From contig JAFASQ010000019.1 in the NCBI GenBank assembly GCA_019244395.1, positions 1,118 through 65,117 of the forward strand: a stretch of 64,000 nt of DNA, given 5' to 3'. Position numbers and translations under genes: made by a program. This document shows positions 62,729-64,000 of this stretch, one piece after another (the stretch's first letter is position 1; every line of letters begins with the position of its first letter). The notes under the pieces are model-generated. The model saw only the letters and a program-made list of their open reading frames with translations. It did not search any database and was not told where the DNA came from. The stretch comes from Solirubrobacterales bacterium (GTDB lineage Bacteria > Actinomycetota > Thermoleophilia > Solirubrobacterales > Solirubrobacteraceae).

Positions 62729-63661
62729 TCACATCGACGCCACCTGCGGGACCACCTCGCTCCCGATCAGCCGGAGGTGGTCGAGATCGTCGATGTCGAA
62801 GATGTGCAGGTACACGGTCTCGCAGCCGGCCTTCGCGAGCTCCTCGAGCGAGCCGACCACTTCGGACGGCGTGCCGACCACTCCGCCCGAGAGCATCCGC
62901 TCGCCGGGTGGGCCAAGTCGCGCCAGCCGCCGCTGCGCCTCCTCGCGCGTCGAGCCGCAGATGACCTGATAGGTGGCCGACATGCGCAGCGTGGCCGGAT
63001 CGCGACCGATCTCTTCGCAAATTCGCCGGACGTTCTCGAACCGCTCGCGGCTGCCCTTGCCGCCGCCGCTGTTGAACTCGTCCGCGTACCGGGCGGCCAT
63101 CAGCGGCGTGCGCCGCGGCCCGGTGCCGCCAATGATGATCTCGGGACGGGGCTGCTGCACGAGCGCCGGGAAGTTGGCGCACTGATCGAGCTGCCAGAAC
63201 CGTCCGTGGAAGCTGAAGGTGTCGCCGCGCGGCGTCGTCCACAGTCCGGTGATGATCTCCATCGCCTCGGCCAGACGGTCGAAGCGCTCACCGATGGGCG
63301 GGAACGGGATGCCGAAGGCCAAGTGCTCGCGCTCGTACCAGCCGGTTCCGATCCCCAGGCAGATCCGCCCGCCCGACATCTGGTCGACGCTGGCCACGGC
63401 AATGGCCAGCACCGCGGGGTTGCGATACGTGCCGGCGGTCATCAGCGTCCCCAGCTTGACCGTGCTGGTCTCGCGGGCCAGCCCGCCGAGGGTGGTCCAC
63501 GAGTCAGTCGGCAGGTAGTCGGGATCGGTCGAATCGATACCCAGGTAGTGGTCGGAGCGGAAGAACGCGTCGAAGTCCGCCTCCTCGGTGGCCTTGGCCA
63601 TGGCCACGATGCGGTCGTAGGTCGCACCGTGGCGCGGCTCCATGAGCACTCGTAGTTTCAC
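62729..63661 (-). CDS. LLM-class F420-dependent oxidoreductase
   Basis: MEPRHGATY, FDAFFRSDHY, DSWTTLGGLARET, VDQMSGGR..LGIG.GW...EH.AFG, IIIGG; GAGGAG RBS before GTG 63661. Confidence 0.9.
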   Translation of the reverse strand: MKLRVLMEPRHGATYDRIVAMAKATEEADFDAFFRSDHYLGIDSTDPDYLPTDSWTTLGGLARETSTVKLGTLMTAGTYRNPAVLAIAVASVDQMSGGRICLGIGTGWYEREHLAFGIPFPPIGERFDRLAEAMEIITGLWTTPRGDTFSFHGRFWQLDQCANFPALVQQPRPEIIIGGTGPRRTPLMAARYADEFNSGGGKGSRERFENVRRICEEIGRDPATLRMSATYQVICGSTREEAQRRLARLGPPGERMLSGGVVGTPSEVVGSLEELAKAGCETVYLHIFDIDDLDHLRLIGSEVVPQVASM

Positions 63662-64000
63662 GCCGACTCCTCTGGTCGCGGCAACGGGAATGGCGCCGGC
63701 CCGCCCCCGTCGAGGACGAGCATCTGCCCGGTCATGAACTCGGCACCATCGCTGGCCAGGTAGCGCACCGCGAACGCGACATCCTTGGGCTGGCCGACCC
63801 GCCCGACCGGCAGGCGCCGGCCCCGTTGCTCCATCTCCGACGCCACGTCGATGTCGGGGTCGAGGCTCAGCACCGACCGGCTGGTGTCGAGGGCGCCGGG
63901 GCTTATCGCGTTTACCGTGATGCCCCACGCGGCCAAGTCCATGGAGAGCGCTCGGGTCAACCCGATGATCCCGGCTTTCGAGGCCGAATACGGCGTCGAG
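63658..64000 (-). CDS. Short-chain dehydrogenase/reductase, 3' part only
   Basis: YSASKAGIIGLTR, GITVNAISPG, FMTGQMLVLDGG; 5' end lies outside the window. Confidence 0.9.
   Translation of the reverse strand, partial: STPYSASKAGIIGLTRALSMDLAAWGITVNAISPGALDTSRSVLSLDPDIDVASEMEQRGRRLPVGRVGQPKDVAFAVRYLASDGAEFMTGQMLVLDGGGPAPFPLPRPEESA

Overview
High-GC (roughly 70% by eye) Actinomycetota chromosomal DNA, most likely Thermoleophilia/Solirubrobacterales (inferred from the style of several small conserved proteins, not from a marker gene). No rRNA, tRNA, CRISPR array, integrase or transposase was seen. Left to right: (1) partial CocE-type hydrolase, alkyl-DHAP-synthase-like FAD enzyme, ThDP enzyme and a family-1 glycosyltransferase; (2) an XRE-cupin-led six-gene operon that looks like D-amino acid/amide catabolism; (3) a divergent LigA, a decayed phage-like ORF, DUF4031 and an AT-hook/winged-helix protein that resembles a nucleoid-associated protein; (4) a CDF transporter and an ECF sigma with two small downstream proteins; (5) an accessory block at about 18-33.6 kb with a GMC oxidase - lactone oxidase - Vps62-like membrane protein operon, a 168-bp imperfect palindrome, an unknown protein, a SARP-STAND regulator, and an operon of two paralogous unknown proteins plus a DyP peroxidase fused to a catalase-related heme domain (the most novel-looking system here); (6) a DNA repair block (Fpg/Nei, RqlH-like RecQ, recCBD, AlkZ-like); (7) a LysR-HTH/esterase fusion facing a catalytically dead esterase - ECF sigma - SRPBCC operon; (8) a rearranged mycofactocin locus (mftE-SDR-mftF divergent from mftABCD, mftR about 10 kb away) with a candidate MftR operator and neighbouring client-type oxidoreductases. 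All family assignments come from recognising motifs in the translated sequence; no database search was run.
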